DNA of 64,000 nt from contig OY970359.1 of NCBI GenBank assembly GCA_963718665.1, positions 96,001 to 160,000 of the forward strand, in the 5' to 3' direction. Below, piece after piece: positions 50,990-61,040 of the stretch (the first letter of the stretch is position 1; every line of letters starts with the position of its first letter). Under the pieces are notes generated by a model, which was not told where the DNA came from, ran no database searches, and saw nothing but the letters and a program-made list of their open reading frames with translations. This DNA is from an uncultured Phycisphaerales bacterium. Its GTDB lineage: Bacteria > Planctomycetota > Phycisphaerae > Sedimentisphaerales > Anaerobacaceae. Made by a program: the position numbers and the translations under genes.

Positions 50990-52078
50990 TCAGTCGCCCA
51001 GATAAACGATATGGGTAAATGTTTGGCCATCCTTGAACACGCCTTGTGAATCGTAAAGCGTGAAGGTGAATTTTAACGCCTGCGGATACACTGGTTTGTT
51101 AGCTATGTTGCGCGGATTAAGAAGCGGGTCAGGATAATAATATCCTTGTGCCCCACTATATGAAAACCAGTTTGAAAAGGACGGTGCGGGTGCGGCCGTA
51201 TTAAAGTAAAAGCCGAATGGATTGAGATTCATATTCATACCCGATGAACCAAAATCGGAATAGGTAGTGTTGCCGCTGCTGCCGGGGTCGATGCTCGGCC
51301 ACCAATAAACATATTCCTGGCCCGCATTAATATACGAGTAACTCCATTGAACAGAAAAACTGCCCACCTTTTCGGCCATCAGCATATGCGGGTCGTTTGT
51401 GTCAACCAGGTCAACTATCGGTCTTGAGATAAAACAAGCAGTGATTATCTGGTTGACATTAGCAGGGCCGTTTGTAAGGTCGTTTGTTAGCGCCTGCCAC
51501 TGCGACAGGGAAAAACGGTCGTATTCATACAAATCGTTGTTATGCAAATTGAAAGGGTTAAGAGGGTTAAGAAAGTTATACGGGTCGGGCCAAGAGTTGA
51601 GGTCGGTTTCGGTGGTTGAGATTTGCTGTCTTCGGGCGAGAAGGCGGTAATTGCCGTGGAGGTTTTGGGGGTCATTCGTCCATTTACAGCGATAGTCATA
51701 GCTGCGTGCCTGACCATACTGGATTCTCGCAAGATTGCCGACGATTGTTTTATTTGCCCATTGGCCTACCGACTGGAAATCGCCGTCGGCGAAAAACATA
51801 ATCTGGTCTAATCTCTTATTAGGGTCATTGGGGTCCAATTGAAACCATATAAACAGCGGGGCATTTTTGCGGAGGCCTCTGAAATCGCTACTCAACTGGT
51901 CGGTAATGGCGCGGAATTTATGCATAATTTCGGCCTGGGCAGTGGCGACGCGGTATGCGGCGATGCTGGTTTTGAAGACCGTGCCGGCAAAGACAACCAC
52001 CATCGCCATTACGCCTATGGCGACGACGAGTTCGACGAGGGTGAAACCGTCCTGTGTATTGTGTTGTTTGTTGTTCAT
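50990..52078 (-). CDS. Prepilin-type N-methylation protein (PilW/GspJ-like)
   Basis: G-FTLVELVVAI. Confidence 0.85.
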   Translation of the reverse strand: MNNKQHNTQDGFTLVELVVAIGVMAMVVVFAGTVFKTSIAAYRVATAQAEIMHKFRAITDQLSSDFRGLRKNAPLFIWFQLDPNDPNKRLDQIMFFADGDFQSVGQWANKTIVGNLARIQYGQARSYDYRCKWTNDPQNLHGNYRLLARRQQISTTETDLNSWPDPYNFLNPLNPFNLHNNDLYEYDRFSLSQWQALTNDLTNGPANVNQIITACFISRPIVDLVDTNDPHMLMAEKVGSFSVQWSYSYINAGQEYVYWWPSIDPGSSGNTTYSDFGSSGMNMNLNPFGFYFNTAAPAPSFSNWFSYSGAQGYYYPDPLLNPRNIANKPVYPQALKFTFTLYDSQGVFKDGQTFTHIVYLGD

Positions 52079-52090
52079 AGTTCGTAGCAA

Positions 52091-52843
52091 TTAAAAGCGC
52101 ATAACTTTTTGATAAACACCAATACAGGGGTATCGACTGCTATTAACGGGAGGCGGAACGACCCAGACCTTTGATGGAACCCCCTGCCAGTCCTTGTCCA
52201 GTCGGATCACATTTGTCACACTTGGGCTGGCTGAATATCTTTCGAGAACACGATATATATTGCCGGTTGTATCATCCAAAATGGTATAGCCGTCATTGAT
52301 AAAATTAGGTGGGACCAAAGTATCATTTATCAAAAGCTCATCCGCCATGCCGCCGGGTCTTGCAGATACAGATACGAAAACAGGAACCGGCCTTGATGAG
52401 GATACGAGACTATTCGATCCCCGCATATAATATGCCGTATTTTTTCCGACTTTGCGGGAAACAAAAACGGTAACTTGAACGTCGTTAATGTCCATACTTC
52501 GAGATATAGCAGACCACCAGTATTGCTTGGAATTGGGGTCGGATGTCGGCGTTGATGGATACGCAAACTCGGCATTGGAAGCAGTACTAATATAGCTAAT
52601 GCCGCCATAAAGTTTTATTTTTGCGAAGGCCTCGTCAGCGACTATCGGGGCGATGGTGCGCTCTGTGGCAACCGTCGTAAAATGAATACTCACGGGAAAC
52701 GCCCCCGCGATAAAAAGCATCCCAACCGCCAGCAACCCGATAGCAATGAGAACCTCGGTGAGGGAAAACGCGTGTCTCGTCACTCGTGACTCGTGACTCG
52801 CAGTTCGAAGTTCAACGTTCTGTGTTCGATGTTCAATGTTCAT
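52091..52843 (-). CDS. Prepilin-type N-methylation protein (PilV/GspI-like)
   Basis: A-FSLTEVLIAI. Confidence 0.85.
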   Translation of the reverse strand: MNIEHRTQNVELRTASHESRVTRHAFSLTEVLIAIGLLAVGMLFIAGAFPVSIHFTTVATERTIAPIVADEAFAKIKLYGGISYISTASNAEFAYPSTPTSDPNSKQYWWSAISRSMDINDVQVTVFVSRKVGKNTAYYMRGSNSLVSSSRPVPVFVSVSARPGGMADELLINDTLVPPNFINDGYTILDDTTGNIYRVLERYSASPSVTNVIRLDKDWQGVPSKVWVVPPPVNSSRYPCIGVYQKVMRF

Positions 52844-52853
52844 TATTTTATCG

Positions 52854-53708
52854 TTAGTTAATGATTGTCCCCGTGTAAGGATTTATATAAATCCGTTTCA
52901 ACTGGTTGAGATAGCCGGAATATGGGATGCCATTGTTGCATGCCTGATTGAATTTTTTGGTATCGTAAATGACAAAATTATTTCGGCTGAATTCAGCACC
53001 ATAACCGAGATAAGCGTAATCATCCTGAATAAACATACCGATTTGGTAATAGGCAATGTTTGATTGAGAATTAAAGATGTCATCCATCGAGTGCTTAGTA
53101 TTATCCGTGTTGCTATTATCCGCTCTGAACACCCCATCTTTGTTTCTTACACGAACCTCATGAATGACAAGTTTGCCCGAAGGCGAAAAAATAATTGAGA
53201 AGGTAGTGGTATCGTTAACTTCTGGAAGTGTGTTGATATACATATTATCATTGATTTGTTGGGCTCCGATGGATTGAGATGATGCTGCTTGCCATGTCGT
53301 TCCCCAATTGGTTCGGACTACCAAGTCCATAACGCCGATTGAATCGGGCAGCTTGATTGGCTGGACACCTTTAACCGCACGGAAGCCACTGGCAAGATTG
53401 CCCGATAAGTTTCTGTCTGTTTCATTGATGATGAATATTATATATTGCGAGGCCTTGAGTGGGTCGGGGTTAGTAGGGTCGTAGCGTTTCTGGAATCGTA
53501 TTCCTGCGTAACGCTGCTCTTTGGAGGCGATGGCTCGTGCGCTGGCGAGGGCAGCGTTAATTATCGATTTTGCGCCGCTTTCGGATTCAAAGGAATTGAG
53601 GAGTATATTGGCAACAGGGACAGCTAAGCCGAGCATCAACGCGGCTATCCCGATGACAACCATCATCTCGGCAAGCGTTACACCAACCTGTCTGCGTTTA
53701 TTTCTCAT
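52854..53708 (-). CDS. Prepilin-type N-methylation protein (FimT/GspH-like)
   Basis: G-VTLAEMMVVI; C-terminal IYINPYTG. Confidence 0.85.
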   Translation of the reverse strand: MRNKRRQVGVTLAEMMVVIGIAALMLGLAVPVANILLNSFESESGAKSIINAALASARAIASKEQRYAGIRFQKRYDPTNPDPLKASQYIIFIINETDRNLSGNLASGFRAVKGVQPIKLPDSIGVMDLVVRTNWGTTWQAASSQSIGAQQINDNMYINTLPEVNDTTTFSIIFSPSGKLVIHEVRVRNKDGVFRADNSNTDNTKHSMDDIFNSQSNIAYYQIGMFIQDDYAYLGYGAEFSRNNFVIYDTKKFNQACNNGIPYSGYLNQLKRIYINPYTGTIIN

Positions 53709-53709
53709 T

Positions 53710-54450
53710 TTAGTTCACGTTAGATATATCATCAGCCGTATCAAACTGCCTGTCCGGCCCGGCGGACGTTATTACGGGGAAAGTTTTCTTGGCGGAATTT
53801 CTATAGGTAACATAATTCGCCCAGTTTCCGCCGGGGTTAGCGAGAATATAATCAGCATATTCAGGGTAATAGTCGTATCGCAGGGGCGTTCCCCAGGGGT
53901 CAATGATTCTTGTAAACGGGAATGTAATCGTAGTGGTGCCTGTGATTAAATTTATAGTTAAAGGCGCCGGTGGGCTATCATTGCTGTTGTTAGTCAGCAG
54001 CGATTTGTCGATTTTATCGAGTGTCACCCGGCAATCGGGAACCTGTCTCAGGATAAAATACAATGCCTCAGAACCGGAGAAAGTCGGGTCATTTGTCCCG
54101 CCGGAAATGGTTACTTGAGGCGGATCGTATAAATTGGCTGAATATAAAGCGTTGTGAAGTGTGTTTGGGAGATTCGGATAGGGAGAGATACTCGTAAGGT
54201 TGTAGCCGTTGCAATCGAGGGGGAACGCAAGACCGGCGTAATTTGCGTCTTTGTATTCATAACCGAAGTCGCGGAATTGTTCGAGGGCGTTGCCGATGAG
54301 GACGAGAGTATCTCTTGTCAATCGCTCCTTGCTCTGGTCGTCGATGCGTTTGGCGATAGTAACGACCATCGAGATGAGTATGGCGATGATGGCAATCACC
54401 ACAATCATTTCGATGAGCGTAAAGCCGGTTTTATAAGCGCGCGTTTTCAT
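53710..54450 (-). CDS. GspG-like pilin/pseudopilin
   Basis: G-FTLIEMIVVI; DPWG and SAGPD...T.DDI motifs. Confidence 0.85.
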   Translation of the reverse strand: MKTRAYKTGFTLIEMIVVIAIIAILISMVVTIAKRIDDQSKERLTRDTLVLIGNALEQFRDFGYEYKDANYAGLAFPLDCNGYNLTSISPYPNLPNTLHNALYSANLYDPPQVTISGGTNDPTFSGSEALYFILRQVPDCRVTLDKIDKSLLTNNSNDSPPAPLTINLITGTTTITFPFTRIIDPWGTPLRYDYYPEYADYILANPGGNWANYVTYRNSAKKTFPVITSAGPDRQFDTADDISNVN

Positions 54451-54480
54451 AAGCAATATCAACCGCCCAAATGCCGGCGT

Positions 54481-55419
54481 TTAGTAGTTGTGCATGTCGT
54501 CGGCTGTGCCGTAATAGCCGTCAGGCCCCGCAGATATTAAAATATAGCTATCCGGATTGTATGGCCGCACAATACCCGGAATCTTCGGGTCTCGTATCCC
54601 ATAGCCAATACCCGTCCCCCCATAAGTAGTGCCGGGGGTATAAGTAGTTTGGCTGCCATAGAAAACGGGGTAATCGGTACTGGTACCGGAACCAGCAGGA
54701 TAAGCAAAAGGATGTGCCAGGCCGGAAGAACCATTTACGGTGAGCTTTCCGAGGTCAACTAATGGCTTGTCGTCGAGATAATTATAAGTTCTACCTGCTA
54801 AATTAGATGCCGGCACATAATTCGGGTCGATTGTTTTGTTGGCGGTATTTGCCTTGTAATACAGAATCGGAGCGCCGGCCATAATGGGTTTGCCTGTGCT
54901 GTCGTTATCGGTTGTTTTCCTTACTTTGAAGACATCGCAAATCACATTTGTATCGGGAGCAAGCGTACCAGTGTTATAGAACAGTTTGCGAAGCGTAAAC
55001 ACATTGGCTGTCGCCAGCTCAAGATAAGGGCCTTTTCTTGTCTGCAGGTTTGCTGTCGCAGGCGTATAAATCATGTTACCACTGCCATCTGTGCCATCCG
55101 CCCGCCAGGCGGAATTAGGATTAAACCCCATTAGGTCCCAGCCGAGAAGCGCCTCGGCAAGTTCTTGTGCTCCACAATAGTTAGGCGATGTTGAGCTGGA
55201 AGTCTGGTAGGACACGGCGGAAGGCGGGTAGTCGCCATAATCCTGCTTGAAGGCCTCCAGCGCCATTGAGATTGCATTAAGCTGTGCCTTCTCCGCCGTC
55301 TCTCTTGCCTTTGCGCGAACCATAGCGATAGAAGGCAGCAAGATGCCTAACAATACGGCAATGATTATTACGACCGTTATCAGCTCCACGAGTGTAAACG
55401 CCCTGCGATTATTCATCAT
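54481..55419 (-). CDS. GspG-like pilin/pseudopilin, paralog of 55481-56488
   Basis: A-FTLVELI; SYILISAGPDGYYGTADD. Confidence 0.85.
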   Translation of the reverse strand: MMNNRRAFTLVELITVVIIIAVLLGILLPSIAMVRAKARETAEKAQLNAISMALEAFKQDYGDYPPSAVSYQTSSSTSPNYCGAQELAEALLGWDLMGFNPNSAWRADGTDGSGNMIYTPATANLQTRKGPYLELATANVFTLRKLFYNTGTLAPDTNVICDVFKVRKTTDNDSTGKPIMAGAPILYYKANTANKTIDPNYVPASNLAGRTYNYLDDKPLVDLGKLTVNGSSGLAHPFAYPAGSGTSTDYPVFYGSQTTYTPGTTYGGTGIGYGIRDPKIPGIVRPYNPDSYILISAGPDGYYGTADDMHNY

Positions 55420-55480
55420 AATCATCCTTATAATCATCCTTTCGACTTCAAACCAGTTTAGTGGTCCTCGCCGAGTTTTT

Positions 55481-56488
55481 TTAGTTGCCGAAATTATAAA
55501 TATCGTCGCTTGTGCCGTATTCACCGTCAAAGCCCGCCGACATCAGGATATACGAATTCGCCCTGTATGGCCTGTCGCCAGACGAGATTTTGGGGTCGCG
55601 GATAATTCTATAGAACTCTTCCGGACAGGCGTTCGTGCCTGTAATCTGGAAAAGTTCCGGGGTTGTCCCGCCTGATGCCAGGCGGTGAACGTTGCTGGAG
55701 ATGGGGCTTCCGCTGGGCAACCAGGGCATTCCCATATTAATCAGGGCCTGATTGTCATAGAAGTTGTATGTGTAAGTACTAGCATAAGCCTGCATAGTCG
55801 GATTAGGCGCTGTGCCGCTCGGAGGAAACAGAAATTTTGTCTGGTCTGCCCTGTAATAAAGGATTGGCATACCCATTTTTTTGCCCGTGGTTTTATTCGT
55901 AACGCGATTATAGGAATCGCACAACACATAGGTACAGGGGTCAAAACCTTGCACGGTAGGCCCATAACTATTAAGGGCGGCCACGGCGGAGGTTATGGTA
56001 CCATTATCATAGATATCACTAAGAAGGTATGCATTTGCGTGCTCAAGCTCTAAATACATCTTGCGGGACTGTATGTTTGCATTATAGGTCGGCGTATCGG
56101 GGTAACCATAGGGAGGATACATAGTAGTAGTAGGAGTCGGGGTCGCCGAGCCGAAACCAGCGCGTTCAAAGCGAGAACTCGGATTGAATCCCTTGAGGTC
56201 CTGACCGACCAATGCCTCCGCCAGACGCATCGCGCCGCAATAGTTATTCCCCAGGTCATCCAACGCGTTGGAATCGGGATAGCCGTCGAAATCGGAGTTA
56301 AACATATCAAGCGCGACGGCTATGCTGTGGAATTGCGCCTTCTGCTTGACGTCTGTCGCGTATCTCCTGACGCGATTCAGCGCGGGCGCCAGCAAACTGA
56401 TGAGAATCACGATGATGCTCATAACCGTGAGAAGCTCGATAATGGTAAAACCAATCCGCCTGCTTTGATTGCCGTTAATCGGTTTCAT
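55481..56488 (-). CDS. GspG-like pilin/pseudopilin
   Basis: G-FTIIELL; SYILMSAGFDGEYGTSDD. Confidence 0.85.
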   Translation of the reverse strand: MKPINGNQSRRIGFTIIELLTVMSIIVILISLLAPALNRVRRYATDVKQKAQFHSIAVALDMFNSDFDGYPDSNALDDLGNNYCGAMRLAEALVGQDLKGFNPSSRFERAGFGSATPTPTTTMYPPYGYPDTPTYNANIQSRKMYLELEHANAYLLSDIYDNGTITSAVAALNSYGPTVQGFDPCTYVLCDSYNRVTNKTTGKKMGMPILYYRADQTKFLFPPSGTAPNPTMQAYASTYTYNFYDNQALINMGMPWLPSGSPISSNVHRLASGGTTPELFQITGTNACPEEFYRIIRDPKISSGDRPYRANSYILMSAGFDGEYGTSDDIYNFGN

Positions 56489-56539
56489 TTTATTCTCCTT
56501 GAATATTCGCTATAACTCCGGTTTTAAAAAGTTCGTTTT

Positions 56540-57805
56540 TTACCCGCCGACGTTCAGCGTGGTAATAATTTTAATCATCGGCAGGAACACCGACAAAACG
56601 ATGACCATCACGATTCCGCCGAGGCAGACAATCATTACCGGTTCCAGCAGGTGCATCAGCGACGCGACCAGAACGTCAACCTGCTCGTCGTAATTGTCCG
56701 CGATTTTGAGAAGCATCTTGTCGAGGTCTCCCGTTTCTTCGCCCACCGCCACCATATTAGAGACAATCAGGTCAACCGTTTTGGACTGCTTCAAAGGCGT
56801 CGCGAAGGTGTCGCCCTGCCTGATTGAGTTCTGAACGTTGAGAAGCATTTTGGCATATATTTCGTTGCCTGCGGTTTCGCTGGTAACGTTAATCGCGTCG
56901 AGAATTGGAACGCCCGCCCCGATAAGCGTGCCTAACGTCCTGGTCCAGCGGGTTATGGCCACTTTTCGCGTGAGCTGGCCCATCACGGGCAGCCGGATTT
57001 TGATGGCGTCGAGAACGTATCGCCCCGTCTTAAACCGCCTGATAACACGGGTCAGGAAAATAAACGCGAAAGGCACGCCTATAATGATTGCCCAGCCGAA
57101 ATCCTTGGCAATCCACTGCGCTACATTCAGCACGATCTGCGTAATCATGGGCAAGCCCTGTCCCTCAAGCATTTCCTTCAGAACGTCCTGGAACCTGGGA
57201 ATAACGAATATCATCAGCAATATGAGCATCGTCATAGCAGCGGTAAGAACCACTGCCGGATAAATCATAGCGCCTTTGACGCGTGATTTCAGCTTCTCCG
57301 ATTTTTCCATAAAATCGGCCACGCGGGACAAAATCAGGTCAAGCACGCCGCCCGTCTCGCCTGCCGCAACCATACCCACCATTAAACGGTCGAAGCATCT
57401 GGGAAACCGGCTCAACGCCTCAGACAATGTCGCGCCGCCTTCGATGTCGTCGGCGACGTAACCGATGATACGCCTGAATGTGCCTGCTTTCTGCTGCTCC
57501 TCAAGAATTCGCAGCGACCTCAAAATCGGCAGACCCGCGTCCTGCAGTGTGGACAACTGCCTGGAGAACTGGGCAATCACCTTGATTTTGACCTTGCCGC
57601 CCGCCCCGCGTCTTCTCTTCGGCTTTGCAGCAGCAGCGCCGGCAGCAGCGGCAGCCTTCTTGCCGGCTCCAACAGATATTACCTTTGTGGGGAAATACCC
57701 CATATTTCTTATCTTGCTGACCGCTTCCTTCTGGCTTAGCGCCTCAACCTCGTTTTTTATCGCCACTCCCTGCGAGTCCAGAGCTTCGTATTTAAACAGC
57801 GGCAT
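56540..57805 (-). CDS. pilC: Type IV pilus / T2SS inner-membrane platform protein (PilC/GspF)
   Basis: FSRQLSTL..AGLP, AGETGG.LD, AMIYP, VGEETG.LD, LLEP. Confidence 0.92.
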   Translation of the reverse strand: MPLFKYEALDSQGVAIKNEVEALSQKEAVSKIRNMGYFPTKVISVGAGKKAAAAAGAAAAKPKRRRGAGGKVKIKVIAQFSRQLSTLQDAGLPILRSLRILEEQQKAGTFRRIIGYVADDIEGGATLSEALSRFPRCFDRLMVGMVAAGETGGVLDLILSRVADFMEKSEKLKSRVKGAMIYPAVVLTAAMTMLILLMIFVIPRFQDVLKEMLEGQGLPMITQIVLNVAQWIAKDFGWAIIIGVPFAFIFLTRVIRRFKTGRYVLDAIKIRLPVMGQLTRKVAITRWTRTLGTLIGAGVPILDAINVTSETAGNEIYAKMLLNVQNSIRQGDTFATPLKQSKTVDLIVSNMVAVGEETGDLDKMLLKIADNYDEQVDVLVASLMHLLEPVMIVCLGGIVMVIVLSVFLPMIKIITTLNVGG

Positions 57806-57836
57806 AAACACCTCCTATGAATTTTTTATTCATAAG

Positions 57837-59603
57837 TTATTCGCTTTCCGCGATTGTTTCCTTCACGACCTCGTCTATTGTCGTCAGGCCGTTATATATC
57901 GCCGACAAACCCGCCTCTCGCAGCAATTTCATACCTGTCTTCTGGCTGGCCGTCCTAAGAACATTTGTTGATGCGTGGTTCATAATCAGCTCGCGCACTT
58001 CGTCATTGAACGTCATAATTTCAAAAAGGCCCGTTCTGCCCTTGTAGCCGGTATTGTTGCACCTATTGCAGCCGGCGCCGTAATAGAACTGTTTGCCCTT
58101 GATATCCTCAGGAGAAAGTCCAAGCTCCATAAGCTGGCTTTCCGTCGGCGAAAACGGCGTTTTACAATGCTCGCAAATTTTCCTCACTAATCGCTGGGCG
58201 ATGATGCCTTCTATCGTCGCCGTCAGAAGGAACGGCTCAATGCCAAGGTCCAGAAGTCGCGCGATGGAACTCGGCGCGTCATTGGTGTGCAGCGTTGTGA
58301 ATACGATGTGGCCTGTCAGCGAGGCCTGGGCGGCGATTTCTGCCGTTTCAAGGTCACGAATTTCACCGACCATTACAACATCGGGGTCCTGGCGCAGAAT
58401 TGAACGCAGGCATTTCGCGAAAGTAACCCCGACTTCCGGCCTCATCTGGACCTGGATGATGCCGTCAATATCGTATTCAATCGGGTCTTCGGTGGTGATT
58501 ATCTTGGTCTCGATGTCGTTAAGCTCGTTTAACGCTGCGTATAGGGTCGTTGTCTTGCCGCAACCCGTCGGGCCTGTAACAATTATGATGCCGTTGGGCT
58601 TGTGAATAAGCTGCCGAACAACATTCAGGTTATCTGTCCCGATTCCGAGCTTTTCAAGGTCTAATTGCATCTGGCTGCGGTCGAGAATACGAAGCACGAC
58701 GCTTTCGCCGAACATCGTGGGTAAAACGCTGACACGCAGGTCAACCGGGTTTCCCTGAACGGTAAGCGAAATACGGCCGTCCTGGGGAAGACGCCTTTCC
58801 GCGATATCTAAGCTTGCCATAACCTTAATTCTCGAGCTAAGCGCCGCGGCGATATGCTTCGGCGGCGGAACCATCTCGTAAAGGATGCCGTCGATTCGAT
58901 ATCGCATCTTGTATTCGTTTTCAAACGGCTCAAAATGTACATCCGAGGCCTTGTCCCTGATTGCCTGCATCAGCACCAGGTTCAAAAGCTTCTTTACCGG
59001 GTTCGATTCCGAAAGCTCTTTTAATTCATCAAGGTCGATACTCTGGTTTCGCCCCGCGAATTCGGCAAGGAACCCGTCTTCCTGAATTTCACTGATTAAC
59101 TCGTTTATTCCCTGCCCCTCATCCTTCTGCTGGTAGTATTTCGCAATAGCCGTTTCAAGCGCCTTTGTGTCAACGATTTTAGCAGTAACTTTCATACCAA
59201 GAAGAGTGCTTAAATCGTCCGTTGCCCGGAAGCTGTCGGCCTTGTCAACCGCCACCACCAGTTCGTTTGTGTCCTCCTTGAATTCAATGGGCAAAACCCG
59301 ATATGTCTTTGCCATCTGCGGGGCAAGCTTGTCCAGTGCGCTCTTGGGAACCTCGACTGCGTCCAAGTTTATAAATTCCATTCCTCGCTGGGCGGCAAGG
59401 GCAATATGCAACTGTTTTTCCTGTACAAGCCCAAGCTCAACAAAAATCTCTCCGATAGGAATGTTCTTGTGTTCCTGCTGCTGCCTTTGTTTTTGCACTT
59501 CGAGACAATGGTGGACTTTTTCGCGGGTCAGCAAACCCATCTTCATAAGCACTCGACCTATGGGTCTGCCTCTTAATTGTTCTATTGGCGGCATCTTATC
59601 CAT
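57837..59603 (-). CDS. pilB: PilB/GspE assembly ATPase
   Basis: ASDVHFEP, GPTGCGKTTT, LRQDPD..MVGEIRD, tetra-Cys motif. Confidence 0.9.
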   Translation of the reverse strand: MDKMPPIEQLRGRPIGRVLMKMGLLTREKVHHCLEVQKQRQQQEHKNIPIGEIFVELGLVQEKQLHIALAAQRGMEFINLDAVEVPKSALDKLAPQMAKTYRVLPIEFKEDTNELVVAVDKADSFRATDDLSTLLGMKVTAKIVDTKALETAIAKYYQQKDEGQGINELISEIQEDGFLAEFAGRNQSIDLDELKELSESNPVKKLLNLVLMQAIRDKASDVHFEPFENEYKMRYRIDGILYEMVPPPKHIAAALSSRIKVMASLDIAERRLPQDGRISLTVQGNPVDLRVSVLPTMFGESVVLRILDRSQMQLDLEKLGIGTDNLNVVRQLIHKPNGIIIVTGPTGCGKTTTLYAALNELNDIETKIITTEDPIEYDIDGIIQVQMRPEVGVTFAKCLRSILRQDPDVVMVGEIRDLETAEIAAQASLTGHIVFTTLHTNDAPSSIARLLDLGIEPFLLTATIEGIIAQRLVRKICEHCKTPFSPTESQLMELGLSPEDIKGKQFYYGAGCNRCNNTGYKGRTGLFEIMTFNDEVRELIMNHASTNVLRTASQKTGMKLLREAGLSAIYNGLTTIDEVVKETIAESE

Positions 59604-59875
59604 AAACTCGTCCCTTACCTTCGCCTTGCCTTCAATTACTATTATATGTTCGTAATTAACGCTGTGTCAAGTAATTAGCAATTGGACATACGGTTAATGA
59701 GACAATGTTTTGGTCTCATAACCTTAAGTTGCTCTAAAAAACCATATCCTGCAAACTCAAACTTGCCCCCCTGCCACTCAACAGTAGCATAATCAGTGGG
59801 TATCCCCCCCGCATTATCCTCAGCGGCTGGCAATTGCACCTCCGAACATTACATAAATGCTTAAATCACAAGGTA

Positions 59876-61012
59876 TTATGTTCGCAGAATCGGCCCGAAA
59901 TCATCTTCCTCCTCAGGAGGTCTCTCGTGTGGTTTAAGGGTCTTGAGCCGAGCCATTGCTTTATCATGCAAAGCGCCGGGCATCCTGGCTTTATCAAGCA
60001 TTTCCGACATCGTAATCTTGCCGGATTCATACAGTTGCCACAAATGGTCATCCAGCAGTTGCATACCAAGTTTTCTGCCGGTTTGGATACTGGAATCAAT
60101 ACGATAGGTTTTGTTTTCGCGGATAAGGTTTGCAATAGCGGGCGTAACAACCATAAATTCATACGCAGCGACTCGACCTTTTCCTGTGGATAAGGGGCAA
60201 AGTGCCTGGCTAAGCACCGCGATGAGGTTACTGCTCAACTGGATGCGTATTTGTTCCTGCTGGTCAACAGGGAAAACGTCAATAATACGACTAATAGTTC
60301 CTGCCGCGCTTGTTGTGTGCAGAGTGCTGAAAACCAAGTGTCCAGTTTCAGCGGCACGGACAGCGGCTTCAATCGTCTCAAGGTCTCGCAATTCGCCGAC
60401 GAGAATAACGTCAGGGTCCATACGCAGCACGCGACGAAGGGCTTCTGAAAAGCTTGGAACGTCAATTCCTACTTCACGCTGGTTAATAATCGACTTTTTA
60501 TGGTTGTGGTAATATTCGATTGGCTCTTCGACGGTTACGATGTGGCGGTCGAGATTTTCGTTAATGTAATTGATCATTGTCGCAAGCGTAGTCGTTTTAC
60601 CGCTACCGGTCGGCCCTGTAACTATGAAAAGGCCTCTTGGTCTGCGGCAAAGAGCTGCGCATATTTTGGGCAAACCAATTTCCTCAAAACTCAGGATTTT
60701 GTACGGAATCAAACGCATAACCATTGAAACGTTGCCTTTTTGTTTGAAAACAGACACACGGAATCGGCACTGCTCGCCATAGGCAAAACCGTAATCGGTG
60801 CCGCCCTCTTCCTGAAATTCCTGCTGGTTTCGTTCTGGCGTAATGCTTTTCATCAAAGCGAATGTGTCATCCGGTTCGAGGACCTTTGTTTCGAGCGAGC
60901 GCAGCCGGCCGTCTATTCTTAAGACGGGCGGTCTGCCGACCGTGATGTGAATATCCGAGCCGCCCATAGTTACGCAGGCCTGAAGCAATCTATCAATATT
61001 TACTGTTGCCAT
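59876..61012 (-). CDS. pilT: Type IV pilus retraction ATPase
   Basis: GPTGSGKTTT, NQREVG, DPDVILVGELRD, ANLIRE, GMQLLD. Confidence 0.93.
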   Translation of the reverse strand: MATVNIDRLLQACVTMGGSDIHITVGRPPVLRIDGRLRSLETKVLEPDDTFALMKSITPERNQQEFQEEGGTDYGFAYGEQCRFRVSVFKQKGNVSMVMRLIPYKILSFEEIGLPKICAALCRRPRGLFIVTGPTGSGKTTTLATMINYINENLDRHIVTVEEPIEYYHNHKKSIINQREVGIDVPSFSEALRRVLRMDPDVILVGELRDLETIEAAVRAAETGHLVFSTLHTTSAAGTISRIIDVFPVDQQEQIRIQLSSNLIAVLSQALCPLSTGKGRVAAYEFMVVTPAIANLIRENKTYRIDSSIQTGRKLGMQLLDDHLWQLYESGKITMSEMLDKARMPGALHDKAMARLKTLKPHERPPEEEDDFGPILRT

Positions 61013-61040
61013 TTAATGATTCCTGATAAAAAACAATGTA

